From a virus (taxonomy: Duplodnaviria; Caudoviricetes), in IMG/VR virus record IMGVR_UViG_3300023184_000166, positions 1 to 53,704 of that record: a stretch of 53,704 nucleotides of DNA, one strand, 5' to 3'. How positions within the stretch are numbered: the first letter of the stretch is position 1; each line of letters begins with the position of its first letter. A program made the position numbers and the translations under genes. A model generated the notes under the pieces. It did not search any database. It worked only from the letters and a program-made list of their open reading frames with translations, and was not told where the DNA came from. Shown here piece by piece: positions 10,701-21,100 of this stretch.

Positions 10701-11251
10701 TTAAGATTGTATTCAATTGAAAATGTATCGGGAGATAAAACCGTTACATTGTACTCGCCATCAATAGCAGGAACGCTATTGGTCAAATAGATGAAAACCT
10801 TATCACCAGTAGCAAGGCCGTGTCCTGTTGATGTGACCACGGCAGGATTACTAGCAGAAACTCCAGTAATTTCATTGCCAGTAAGCCATGCTGGATTAAC
10901 TGCTGTTCCTATAATTTTTATCGGGATAGAATCATTGAAATAAAAAGGACTTGTTACAGCACTACTTTCGGCAATCGCACGAAGTCTTTTTGCATCATAA
11001 ATATTTATTTCAGTTGGATTAACGCATGCAATTGCCTCAGCAGCCAAAGCAGCGTTTAGTTTGGATGGTTCATAAGTTTTATCGTCATATTCTTTTAAAT
11101 TGCCAGAGCTAAAATCTCTTTCTACAAAATAAATAATGACCTTATCTACTTTGTAAGGAGAATTAAGACAACCATTGAAATCTGGGGTTTCGAGCAGAAA
11201 GCGAACAGTGTCTGTTATCGAAGGATTTTTATTGTAAGCTACTACAGCCAC
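7799..11251 (-). CDS. Baseplate wedge protein (P2 gpI / T4 gp7-like)
   Basis: 1150 aa; LLPYLSNFF..WRGQIIRAIPQFKSKGT resembles Tail_P2_I; follows gp6. Confidence 0.65.
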   Translation of the reverse strand: MAVVAYNKNPSITDTVRFLLETPDFNGCLNSPYKVDKVIIYFVERDFSSGNLKEYDDKTYEPSKLNAALAAEAIACVNPTEINIYDAKRLRAIAESSAVTSPFYFNDSIPIKIIGTAVNPAWLTGNEITGVSASNPAVVTSTGHGLATGDKVFIYLTNSVPAIDGEYNVTVLSPDTFSIEYNLNGATAGTTGIWFTAQDDVNNALVPVVIGGKTVPATFEYLWEPVGAREGDYFICWTWTPLIAGDSISSHIKFSLVGNTQVTTSIPTHFTDPTKYPTLLERYTPEMFKLYLATNDVTPQVIDKFNGAISLGFETLENLANQIVDLQDANTLHESLLPYLSNFFNLKLKTNDPTRWRGQIIRAIPQFKSKGTRIALQHAFDLAGMKMISLKQLWQVVSKYTWQESFVYGAANLDFMLEKVLIEPLDTNNFEIYVRFFNDENPNAYNDSYTQLTSDYVSFSTVDGVTTMTWVGDTLSVDPITLHENDIVRVLYQYNTIPNLTEQGYEDYLRTLSLLDQRDEVLQLYPKKNWNVRGIEEDDVLFNSLIPSRHPYHEFLVYGQIRTEFPYSENIYNMDEYNGSIRNSKVPCDIDKNFIDPCRSCISSSYNIEIEVGELSDDRIKEALETLTENTPFHAVLNTLNFAGGLNEFIASPVEEIEILVNVKHEESVIAGDAQMYFNRAMKLSNLNNLPSSQTIMRDALATSAQVVNSVVAVAYNTDIVLYCPTKMLENLGIKNDDTSILEILDGIYAGEYNILDASGNSVVISTTPTEPIDDCNNIFDNLGQLNSCAFPFKISNPVIDNINYASLCNVERDNIIVLGDDTVDFEKINIQSQFDVDQGTAVAAYTIDIPDYGGTYTILNVDSNGNLLLEYDSTLPTSSVTGKTYTIYNGMTAVIISTNGYLNVTKRAKVTALNPNVLPISSMIRSNGYYQILSFVEYPITGLVPNTTDQFYISDYDGLDLGGVTLTIRKLVVGTQIGYLSYRGLNLQITGVDYETSLGIQNGTNEVIVGPEAIQNNGFMENFIVKVDSEYYWMTNINGNSPAGSTTMRLSGDGQYWRTLGNGGTSVTISIYQFSTLGATIMGQQFDQPEHTFETLDRSGRSVITGSVDNNVVVSLAAPDDSFSEDIKQKEAVSYKIEYLDGSIEEGEL

Positions 11252-11260
11252 CTAAGCTCC

Positions 11261-12820
11261 TTATTCGTAAGTAAACCCGATGGTTGTTACATCTGGTCTT
11301 ATTATTTCATTGAATTTGGTTGTTACAATGTGGCCACCATTGTTCGTGTTATTAGTTGTAAATTCTACATCAATTCTAACAATTTCTTTTAAATCAGCCA
11401 AAGCTTTAGATATGTCTGAATCTCTTAAAGATTCTCCATATTCCCAATTAGACAAAGCAAAAAATGCATCTAGACGACGCTGAATTTTAACTCTAAATTC
11501 ATCTTCAAACTTTCGATACAAACGATCCATTACAATATCGATAGTAATATCTACGCTTACAACTTGACCATCACGAATACAGACAAAATCTGTTAGCATT
11601 TTTACACCTTGCATATAAAGCTCTAAACTATGCTTTAAATCTGCTGAAGCCTGCGTAAGACCTGCTAATCCTTCACGAGCCAAAATATATAAATCTATGA
11701 TGTTACCAGAACATCCATAGTTTCTTAAAACAGCAGTAGATTTACCAATTTGACCCTGATAAGGAGTGGTAAATTGATCAGTTAAAGTTTTATAATCTAG
11801 TCCAGTCACTGCACGATTTTGAGCCCTAGACCATGCAGGCAGCTTGAGCCTAATATCTTCGATGGTATCGCCATCATATCCAAATTCTCCACGAGTATAG
11901 TTTCTCAAAGATACTGGAACACCGTAGGGAATAGCTGAATTATTGATGATAATTTGTTTATCAATCGTTCCACTTACTACATTTCCGATAACACCGCCAC
12001 CTTGACGATAAACAATTTGAACTTTACTGCCTGCACTAGGAATTAAGCCTGTTCTATTATTGCCAAAAATTACAAAAGCTTGATAATTTGAATCGTATTC
12101 AACACGATATTCACGACGAGGTTGAGAATCAGTAAAAAATTCAACATTAGTCCATTGAACACCATCAACATAAACACGAATACTTTCAAAAATTACTGGA
12201 GTTTGATTCAAAGCTACAGTTTGACCCACCGCTCCAGTGCCTTCAACTTCTAGACTTCTAGTTTGTCCTTCTAATCCTATGATACTTGCATTTACTGTGC
12301 TGTTTGCAGGAATTATGATGTCTTCGTCAAGTGAAGGATTGTTTTCTGCATCAGCAGGGAAAAGTTCAATAGTTAAAGACTGCCCTCCAGCACTGACAGA
12401 TATTGCCAAAGGAGTTTGAATCACTAAATCAGAATTTACTGGGTTATTCAGTGTGGCTGTCCAAAGTGAACGAGCGGCAATTGGAGGTTGAGGTTGAAAT
12501 CCTACTAATTTTGCCAAGCGAAAAGCATTTTCTTTTTCTGTAACCGTGTCAATAAAGATTTCATTTGCTATCTGATCCATTTTAAAACTGAGAGTATCAG
12601 CCAAAAAAGCCCAGTTTTCAATAAGCATAATAGCCAACGAAGATTCAACAAAATCACTGAAATCTGTGGAAAATTTTTGACGAATGAACTCAACTAGACG
12701 AGTTTTCATGCTCCAAAAATCTTGATTTGTATAATTTAAATTAAAGATGTTGGGGGTTGTGACAATCTGCGACTGCGTATAAGGAGTTATATCAAAGGGG
12801 CAATGATTGTTTGTAGCCAT
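11261..12820 (-). CDS. gp6: Baseplate wedge subunit (T4 gp6 / baseplate J-like)
   Basis: NYTNQDF, DFSDFVESSLAIMLIE, FGNN..G.IP, AQNRAVTGLDY motifs. Confidence 0.9.
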   Translation of the reverse strand: MATNNHCPFDITPYTQSQIVTTPNIFNLNYTNQDFWSMKTRLVEFIRQKFSTDFSDFVESSLAIMLIENWAFLADTLSFKMDQIANEIFIDTVTEKENAFRLAKLVGFQPQPPIAARSLWTATLNNPVNSDLVIQTPLAISVSAGGQSLTIELFPADAENNPSLDEDIIIPANSTVNASIIGLEGQTRSLEVEGTGAVGQTVALNQTPVIFESIRVYVDGVQWTNVEFFTDSQPRREYRVEYDSNYQAFVIFGNNRTGLIPSAGSKVQIVYRQGGGVIGNVVSGTIDKQIIINNSAIPYGVPVSLRNYTRGEFGYDGDTIEDIRLKLPAWSRAQNRAVTGLDYKTLTDQFTTPYQGQIGKSTAVLRNYGCSGNIIDLYILAREGLAGLTQASADLKHSLELYMQGVKMLTDFVCIRDGQVVSVDITIDIVMDRLYRKFEDEFRVKIQRRLDAFFALSNWEYGESLRDSDISKALADLKEIVRIDVEFTTNNTNNGGHIVTTKFNEIIRPDVTTIGFTYE

Positions 12821-12830
12821 TATTTTCTCC

Positions 12831-13256
12831 TTAGGACGACGATAGAGGCACTTGCAAAGTTAATTGTTGAACATTTTTAATATCTTGAGGATCTACAAAG
12901 ATAATCCTGATAAACAGAATATGCTCCGTTTCCGTCTTATCGTCGTATTTATTTAAGGAAGTTAGGTCTATATTTGTACTTACTTCAATATTTTGTACGG
13001 CGATTCTAGGTTCCCATCTCTTAAGCGAGTTAATAATCATCAATCTTGCTTGCTCAACAAGAACTGAATCGTTTGGTTCAAATAAAAGCTTCCTTAAAGG
13101 AGTGCCATATTCTGGAAGCATAACTCGCTCCCCCGGATTTGTAAGCAACAAAGCAAGCATGTCTGACTTAATAGTGTCAATTCCACTTTGAGAATACCAA
13201 TATCCACGAGGATCTTTGATAGTTGGATAAGGAACTCCAAGAAATGTTCTCATCAA
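12831..13256 (-). CDS. gp25: Baseplate wedge / sheath initiator (GPW/gp25 family)
   Basis: LLLTNPGERVMLPEYGTPLRKLLFEP..WEPRI signature. Confidence 0.92.
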   Translation of the reverse strand: MMRTFLGVPYPTIKDPRGYWYSQSGIDTIKSDMLALLLTNPGERVMLPEYGTPLRKLLFEPNDSVLVEQARLMIINSLKRWEPRIAVQNIEVSTNIDLTSLNKYDDKTETEHILFIRIIFVDPQDIKNVQQLTLQVPLSSS

Positions 13257-13269
13257 TACCTCTTTAAAT

Positions 13270-15723
13270 TTATTTACAATTTTTATTGAATGGAAGAAGT
13301 TGAAAAATACTTACTGCTGGTGCTGCACTTGATGTACTTGCTATAACTCGATCACTGATTCGAATACATCCACTACAAGGATCGTAAACTAAAACTGGTG
13401 CTGGAATTGGCCCAATATAATCAAGGTCTGCACAAGTATCTTTACCTGCCAGAAGCATGATGTTGTTGTCGGCAACAAAAACATGCGAGTCGTTTGTCAC
13501 ATTTACATAAGTCTTTTTTGTATAAACAACATTTATTCTAGATACTACTTCAATAAGATCGGCTGGTTTTTCTTCAGATCCAACAATAGTAACATGATTG
13601 TCAACGGTATAGCAAATATAGTCTCCACCAACTCTTAAAAACACATATCCCGGACCTGATGGTGACTCTTGCATTCTAAAAATATGAGGGCCATACTCTG
13701 CATTTGTCCTCATGGGAGAAAACAATTGAATGTATTGTTGCTGCGTCTCTTCTTGACTTGATTCATCTTTCATCATCATTTCCAAACCATACCCAGTACG
13801 AATTCGCACATAAGCTTTTTTTGCTTTTGGAATAGGTTGGCCGCCTTCTATTCGACACGGAGCACATTGTTCGTTGCCTTCATCAACCATGTCAATTGTA
13901 TGATTGCTTGTGCTTTGCAAATGTATTCCACGATTTTCTCCAGCAACATTTGGAGGACATCCGGGGCAATTAGGTTTGGAAACAGTGTGATCGTTTAATT
14001 CAATTTTGTTTCCACCCGCCGACACAACACGAATATAATTAAATTGACCTCGCAAATTAGCCCCATCATCTCCTTGGGGGCTTTCAACATCACTCATTTC
14101 TATGCTGTGACCTGTTGCTGACTTCCAATAAGTGCGTCCCACATAGTGGTTGTTACAGCCAAAATCAAATTCTCTTTCCCAAGTTGGAGCTCCACTTGGC
14201 TCTTCAACAGAATCATCCATTACCAATGTATGTCCAGAAATAGACATAATTTGAACACCACTTTGAGGCAAATCACATTGGTTGTTTTGTGGTGTATAAG
14301 AACCTCTATAAGGTCTGCATTCTTGTCTGTGTTTAAAAAATGGATTTGATCCAACTTGAGATTTATAATATTTTGTTATTGATTTACCAGTGCTAGGATG
14401 ACCACCAATAATTTTTTTATTACTTATTTTATCTTCGCAGTTAACTTTTTCAATGTACTCTACTTTTAATTCTTTTTCTGGTTCTTCTTGTTGTGGTTGA
14501 TTTGGATCTTCAACTTCTTTCATTACAGGCTTCCAACCTCCCATATATTCTGGGTAATTTTCATGATCATCTATATAATTTATGTTTTCACTAAGAAGTC
14601 TTTCATCTATAAGATCATAATCAACTTTAAAAGATACATCATCTAATTTTTTTGCATCATAATGTCCATCAAAACCTAATAGTGGGGAATCACATATTTG
14701 TATTTTACGAGTCTGATCAATTTCCCATTGACCCAGAGAATTGTAACTCTTAAGAGGCCGAGGAGTCTCTATTATTGTGTATCCAGTATTACTATCATTA
14801 GTTCCAGCACTATAAAATGTTTGCGATTTTGACGAAAGACAAGTTTTTTTTCTTTCTATATCTTTATTTGCATTATTTTTTTCTGTTTCGGTATATGTGG
14901 CGCAGCTTGTATCTCCGGGAGTTACAACACCACCGCAATCAGGATGTGCCCACTGACCAGCATAATGAAGATGATCATCTTTTAGCATAATCCAATTACC
15001 ACATGATGACATAATTTCGAAACGCTTCCATTTACGGTCGCATTTGGGATCTCCATCAACCATTTTTATCATGTGTTTTTCAGGAGTTTTAAATCCATAA
15101 ATATTAGGATAAGTCAAACGACGCTGTGCTTCTGGATTGGATGCATAATCAACAATTGAAGTTAGATCGTAACCATTATAATTTTCTGTATTCCATGGAG
15201 GAAATACTTGGCTTCCATCATCTGGACCAACAAGATATCCGTTTCTTCTTCCTTCCCAAATTTGATAATATTCATCGATGGGATAGCCCCAGTTGTGAGC
15301 ACCAGTTCCACGATTTCTATGCCAAGTAGTGCCGATATAAAACGGAGAAGAACGCATGCCATTTTCGAAAAGAAGACAGACGGTAGAGCCAGCAGGAGGT
15401 ACCCATGTTACTCCAGAATCATCAAATCCTCCAAATGAACTCACGGCATGTGCCCATGGAAGTTCTGAAACTCTCATGTCTACTTTATGAAAAAGTGGAG
15501 AAAACCATCTAATTCTATTTTGCTTCCAAACATCCTTAGTGTCTACACAAAGACCTGTATAAAGGCCAAATTGCATTTGTGCCTGTTCAACAACATGAGA
15601 TGCATCTACAAGCTCTCCACGGACTACAGCTTTCATTTCTGAGCCGATTGATCCCATTTGATTTTCGATGGCTTTTAATCTTCGTGTTATTTCATTGATT
15701 TGATTTTGATGAACTATTGGCAT
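13270..15723 (-). CDS. gp5: Baseplate central spike (gp5/VgrG-like, OB-fold plus beta-repeats)
   Basis: DVWKQNRIRW..LPWA..WVPPAGSTVCLLFENG..PFYIG OB-fold; repeated SGHTLVMDD / TGHSIEMSD / GNKIELND units. Confidence 0.8.
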   Translation of the reverse strand: MPIVHQNQINEITRRLKAIENQMGSIGSEMKAVVRGELVDASHVVEQAQMQFGLYTGLCVDTKDVWKQNRIRWFSPLFHKVDMRVSELPWAHAVSSFGGFDDSGVTWVPPAGSTVCLLFENGMRSSPFYIGTTWHRNRGTGAHNWGYPIDEYYQIWEGRRNGYLVGPDDGSQVFPPWNTENYNGYDLTSIVDYASNPEAQRRLTYPNIYGFKTPEKHMIKMVDGDPKCDRKWKRFEIMSSCGNWIMLKDDHLHYAGQWAHPDCGGVVTPGDTSCATYTETEKNNANKDIERKKTCLSSKSQTFYSAGTNDSNTGYTIIETPRPLKSYNSLGQWEIDQTRKIQICDSPLLGFDGHYDAKKLDDVSFKVDYDLIDERLLSENINYIDDHENYPEYMGGWKPVMKEVEDPNQPQQEEPEKELKVEYIEKVNCEDKISNKKIIGGHPSTGKSITKYYKSQVGSNPFFKHRQECRPYRGSYTPQNNQCDLPQSGVQIMSISGHTLVMDDSVEEPSGAPTWEREFDFGCNNHYVGRTYWKSATGHSIEMSDVESPQGDDGANLRGQFNYIRVVSAGGNKIELNDHTVSKPNCPGCPPNVAGENRGIHLQSTSNHTIDMVDEGNEQCAPCRIEGGQPIPKAKKAYVRIRTGYGLEMMMKDESSQEETQQQYIQLFSPMRTNAEYGPHIFRMQESPSGPGYVFLRVGGDYICYTVDNHVTIVGSEEKPADLIEVVSRINVVYTKKTYVNVTNDSHVFVADNNIMLLAGKDTCADLDYIGPIPAPVLVYDPCSGCIRISDRVIASTSSAAPAVSIFQLLPFNKNCK

Positions 15724-15732
15724 GAATTTTCC

Positions 15733-17247
15733 TTATTGTGTATTTGCTACTGCGTCTATTGATTGTCCCATTCCATCTTCAGCAGATGTAAATGTTTCTG
15801 TGCCACCTGCACCACCAAGTGGTTGGTCAAAGTCAATGTCAACATTTGAACCTTGTAAAAACAAGCTAAATGTTGTGGTATATGATCCACTTTGAATTTG
15901 ATGATTTACACCTTTAATCATATAATTTTTATTACTTAATATTGAGTTACAAGTTGATGTTTGCAGCCATGTGCAACCATCTTCGCCAGCTATATAAAAT
16001 GGGTTGATAAAAATAATTGATAAATTTCTTTTAAGAACTAATTCTAAGGGATCTGACCAACGAGGATTTCCACGGATTTTTAATTCTGCTTCAAAAGGTT
16101 GTCTCAAAACACCTTCTCCTGCATTTTGAGCAGCTTCCATATGGGCGGCTTGTCCTTTTACAGCAGCAACAGCATGCTCTTCTGGACTTCTAAATTGCCA
16201 TTCATGTTGTTGAATGGCTGGAGCAGTTTGAGTTCCAGCATTTTCTATTTTTCTACCGCTATCTGTTGGATCTATTTTTTCTTTGCTATCACCTGATGAA
16301 GCTCCTCCAGCAGTACCACCACCACTTGGCGTCATACCTTTTATAAAAGTTACACTGGGAGTGAAACTAATAACAGGAGAACAATTTCCACCGTTGACAA
16401 CATAAGTGGCGATTGAAGTATTGCACGGAGTCTGAGACTTATCGGTTGGATCTTCATGAATAATCATTCTTACATTATCTGCATCATAAATAAGTAGAAC
16501 ACCTTTATCATTAACCGTAACAATAGATTGAAGCCAAGCTCTGACTGCAGAAAAAGTATTTTGTTGATCAAGAGGCCAAGTTGATTTTGGACCTTCAGGA
16601 TTTCCATCTTCACTTTTAAAAGCAAAATTGTCGCTACCATCTGCTGCTTTAAAATCAACACCTCTATATTTTGGTTCATATTGTGTAAAAACTTTTCTGA
16701 TAGCTTGTTTTAAAGTTATTTTTTGATCTTCAGATGCCATACTTCCAGTGTGTCTAGTTTCATGTTGTCTTACTTGTGGAGCTCTAATTTTAACTTTCAT
16801 TTTTATTAAAGCTCCTTCAAATGAAGCATCAACTTCATTTATAAACCCATAAATTTTTTTCCCAGTTTCTGTGGAAGATGATTGCTTTCTAGTTGTTCCA
16901 TTACAGTCTGTTATTATCCAGCCAAAATCTACGGATATGTTGCCAATTTCTTCAGATATATTTTTTATTGTTTTATTTAAAGCTTTTATAAATTTTCTAT
17001 ATAAAGTTCCTCCAACATCAACAAATTCTAAATCACATCCATAACCCGCTCCATTAGGAGTAAATCCAAAAGACATGGAAGTAACTGAGGTAAGATTGAT
17101 ATTTGGTGCGGATTTATTTCCTATCGTAATAATTTGACCACCAGAAAATTGAACTTCAACAAATGGAGTATAAATAGCACCATCTTCAGGCACAGGAAAG
17201 TTTCCGCACCCATACTGCAAACAGTCATCTCCTATTTTACATGCCAT
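15733..17247 (-). CDS. Baseplate hub protein (gp27-like)
   Basis: C-terminal AELKIRGNP..YMIKGVNHQIQSGSYTTTFSL; lies between gp53 and gp5. Confidence 0.6.
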   Translation of the reverse strand: MACKIGDDCLQYGCGNFPVPEDGAIYTPFVEVQFSGGQIITIGNKSAPNINLTSVTSMSFGFTPNGAGYGCDLEFVDVGGTLYRKFIKALNKTIKNISEEIGNISVDFGWIITDCNGTTRKQSSSTETGKKIYGFINEVDASFEGALIKMKVKIRAPQVRQHETRHTGSMASEDQKITLKQAIRKVFTQYEPKYRGVDFKAADGSDNFAFKSEDGNPEGPKSTWPLDQQNTFSAVRAWLQSIVTVNDKGVLLIYDADNVRMIIHEDPTDKSQTPCNTSIATYVVNGGNCSPVISFTPSVTFIKGMTPSGGGTAGGASSGDSKEKIDPTDSGRKIENAGTQTAPAIQQHEWQFRSPEEHAVAAVKGQAAHMEAAQNAGEGVLRQPFEAELKIRGNPRWSDPLELVLKRNLSIIFINPFYIAGEDGCTWLQTSTCNSILSNKNYMIKGVNHQIQSGSYTTTFSLFLQGSNVDIDFDQPLGGAGGTETFTSAEDGMGQSIDAVANTQ

Positions 17248-17249
17248 GT

Positions 17250-17576
17250 TTATCCCATTAAATTATCTGGTAATCTTATATTTAAACCTGCTTTGAATTT
17301 ATAAATATCTTTTATGTTATTGGCTTCCATTACCTTCCACCATAAATCTACAGTTCCATAAGCTGCAAGAGAAACAAGATCAGGTCTATATTCCGTATAA
17401 GAAGTTACTACTGTGTATTTGTCTTGATCTGTTCTTGGAATCTCATTTTTTTTATAAGTTCCAAATGTCAACAATTTATTTTCGGTGTAATAATAAACTT
17501 CAGAATCGCTATATCTGCTGGTGAAATTAACGAAACGCTTTGGAGTGATATTTGTTTTTTCAATATAATTTGCCAT
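17250..17576 (-). CDS. gp53: Baseplate wedge protein gp53 / LysM-like
   Basis: RPDLVSLAAYGTVDLWWKVMEANNI..GLNIRLP. Confidence 0.85.
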   Translation of the reverse strand: MANYIEKTNITPKRFVNFTSRYSDSEVYYYTENKLLTFGTYKKNEIPRTDQDKYTVVTSYTEYRPDLVSLAAYGTVDLWWKVMEANNIKDIYKFKAGLNIRLPDNLMG

Positions 17577-17589
17577 AATATTTCTGCCC

Positions 17590-18120
17590 TTACATAGTTA
17601 AAATAGTTTCCGCACCGGGCAAACTTGTTTGGTTGTAAATTACATCAAAAGTCATATCTATATCAAACTTATAAGGTAAGTAAGTCCGCTCATCCCAAGG
17701 CACTCCCGCATCATATTTAATACTATAACTTTTTAAAACGGCACATAGTTCTCCCTCTCTCTGAAGGAGTTGTCCACAGCGAATTTTTGCAACTGGTGGT
17801 GGGGCAAAGGGTGCTGAACCACCTTTATCCATCGGATAAACAGCTGCTTGAATAGTTCGAATATAATCTAAAAAACGATCAAAATCAGAATCTTTAGTAG
17901 CAATAAAAGTCGCAGTCCAACTTATTGAACGATTCTCGGAGTATTGATAAGTTTTCCATGGTTGTGTGCGTCCAATGCCATTTTCATCAGAATAACTTGC
18001 TCCTTTTTGATCGGAAATTTGCGGTAAAATTTCCATGTAAATTTTTGCACCTAAATTAGGAAAATTTACATAACAGTCATCCAAAGGAGTTAACCGTCCA
18101 TCAGCAAATGTTGCTTTCAT
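17590..18120 (-). CDS. Tail tube initiator (gp48/gp54-like)
   Basis: GIGRTQPWKTYQYSENRSISW..PPPVAKIRCG; immediately downstream of tape measure. Confidence 0.6.
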   Translation of the reverse strand: MKATFADGRLTPLDDCYVNFPNLGAKIYMEILPQISDQKGASYSDENGIGRTQPWKTYQYSENRSISWTATFIATKDSDFDRFLDYIRTIQAAVYPMDKGGSAPFAPPPVAKIRCGQLLQREGELCAVLKSYSIKYDAGVPWDERTYLPYKFDIDMTFDVIYNQTSLPGAETILTM

Positions 18121-18132
18121 TTATAACCTTTC

Positions 18133-21100
18133 TTATGCCATTTTAGGTGGGCCTAGGTTAGTGATTGCTTTGGCTGATCCTTGAGCAACGCTACCCGTTG
18201 TTGTCTTGAAGTAATTTGCTGGTCTTCCGGGCACAGTATTTGAGGCAGTATCTGTTGTTGATCCTTGTCCAGCCGTTGTAGGTATATTTTTAGGTTGCAA
18301 TGCATCTAAAACCTTGCTAAATAAATCAACCAATTGTTTTTGTAGAAGTACTTGCGTTTCGTTTGTACCTGCAATTTCAGTGAGGTCTTCAGAGGAAACC
18401 TTACTCTTGCTTGGTTCTGTTGAAACCTTATGCATTTGTATCTTCGATTGAATCGAAGCATTGTCTGCAGTAGCAGTTTGAGCCGTAACAGGCTCAGGAG
18501 CTTGAGCAGTTATATTGCCAATATCACCAATCGGCTGAACCAAAATACCATCGCCACGAAGTGCATTATTAACGAGTTCGTCAATGTTTTTGCTAGTTCG
18601 CATCTGTGATTCATTTTGCTGGCCTTCAATTCTCTTTTCTATGGCCATATCACTTGGTGCTTTTCCAATATTTGATGCACCACCACCAGCAGCACCAGCA
18701 ACAGTAGGTTTTCCACCACCAAGCAGAGCAGAACAAAACATTCCAATCTTATCAAATGGAATTCCACCCAATGCAGAAAGATCCATGCCAGCCATGGTAA
18801 TACTTGCAATTACTGAAGCCATTGTTTCAACAACATCTTGAACTTTAGAAAGAACTTTTACAGTGGAATCTAATTGAGCAACTACAGCTTCTAGTTCTGT
18901 AACAGATGGCAAGCTTTCTGTAAGAGGCCCAATCAACCCAGTTTTTAGTCCATCAGCTAATGCTAAAAAATCCTTTGACATGGATTCAAAATTAAATAGT
19001 TTTCCAAAACCTCGGAAAATCACAAGATTGCTTGCTGCTGTAACAATTCCACCCATCAAATTTTGCAAACTATCAAACATGCCAACAATCGCATCTAGTT
19101 TGCCTTGACTTGCTTGAACTTCTTCAACAGGAAATACTGTTGTTGCTGTATCAATAAAGCTTTGAAGAGGCTTGGCAAGAATCTTTAATGTTTTACCTGC
19201 CATATACATAAGAGGCGTGGCAAAAAATGCTGCAACAACTCCCGCACCAATTACAGCCATTTTTGTTCCCATGATAACAAGAGCGTCTCCAATAGAAGCA
19301 GCAGAATCAATTACAGAAATTATTTGATCAGATATCGATTCCATTTCATTAGGGTCAAATACAGATGTTATAGCTTGACCAATTAACGCTGCAGCATTTA
19401 TAAATGAGATCAATGGGTTGGCCAAACTAAGAATTGTACCGGTAGCAAAATAAAGAATTGGAGTTGCCAATAGAGCAATTCCAAAACCCACTCCAATAAT
19501 TGCAAGTTTAGCAGACATAGCCATCATAGAAATTGCAATATTATAAGCCGCATTAAATGCAGAATTTAGATTTTCAACAAGTTCTTCCGCAACATCTTTT
19601 GGCATTACATCGCCTATAATTTTTGCTGCGTTTTTTGCAGATGCAACAAAATATAAAATTGGCGAACTAAGTTTGCTAATTGATAATCCGATTCCGTAAA
19701 TTAAGGGTATTGAAAACATAGCCATAAACATGCCTGAACCAATAACAGTTAACTTTGCTGAAATGCCCATAATAGTCAAACTAATCTTATATGCAGCATC
19801 AAAAGTATCAGATAAATTTTCAGAAAGTTCATCGCCTAAATCTTTAGACATAACAGAACCAATTAAATCCGCAGCCTTCCTAGCAGTAATTGCAAATAGA
19901 TATAAAGGAACAGATAATGCCGCAATCGCAATTGTTGCTCCAGTAACTAAGGGCAACGCTAAAATTGCTATACCAAGTCCAAGTGCAATAATTGGCATTT
20001 GTGCAGCAATATCCATAAATGTAGTGCTTATCTTATATGCCGCATCAAAAGTATCACGCAACATTTCAGAAAGTTCATCGCCTAAATCTTTAGACATAAC
20101 AGAACCAATTAAATCTGCTGCTTCTCTAGCAGTAATTGCAAACAGATATAAAGGAACAGATAATGCTGCAATTGCAATTGTTGATCCAACAATTAAAGGT
20201 GATGCTAATGCTGCTATGCCAAGTCCAAGTGCAATAATTGGCATTTGTGCAGCAATGCCCATAAATGTAGTGCTAATCTTATTTGCAGCATCAAAACAAT
20301 CACGCAACATTTCAGATAGTTCATCGCCTAAGTCTTTAGACATAACAGAACCAATTAAATCCGCAGCCTTCCTAGCAGTAATTGCAAAGAGATACAAAGG
20401 AATTGATAATGCTGCAATTGCAATTGTCGCTCCAGTAACTAAAGGCAATGCTAAAATTGCTATGCCAAGTCCAAGTGCAATAATTGGCATTTGTGTAGCA
20501 ATCCCTATGAACACAGTGCTGATCTTATATGCAGCATCAAATGTGTTAGATAAATTTTCAGAAAGTTCATCGCCTAAGTCTTTAGACATAACAGAACCAA
20601 TTAAATCCGCAGCCTTCCTAGCAGTAATTGCAAATAGATATAAAGGAACAGATAATGCCGCAATCGCAATTGTTGCTCCAGTAACTAAGGGCAACGCTAA
20701 GAGTGCTATGCCAAGTCCAAGTGCAATAATTGGCATTTGTGCAGCAATATCCATAAATGTAGTGCTTATCTTATATGCAGCATCAAATGTGTCACGCAAC
20801 ATTTCAGATAATTCATTGCCTAAGTCTTTAGACATAACAGAACCAATTAAATCCGCTGCCTTTCTAGCAGTAATTGCAAAGAGATACAAAGGAATTGATA
20901 ATGCTGCAATCGCAATTGTTGCACCAGTAACTAAAGGCAATGCTAAAATTGCTATGCCAAGTCCAAGTGCAATAATTGGCATTTGTGTAGCAATTTTCAT
21001 GAATGCACTACCAATCAAAAGAGCAGCATCAAATGTGTTAGATAAATTTTCAGAAAGTTCATCGCCTAAATCTTTAGACATAACAGAACCAATTAAATCC

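Noticed and set aside
7317-18120. Bacterial contractile injection system or T6SS locus
   Set aside because: Giant tape measure, gp2-like and gp21-like genes and ORFan-rich accessory regions indicate a phage genome
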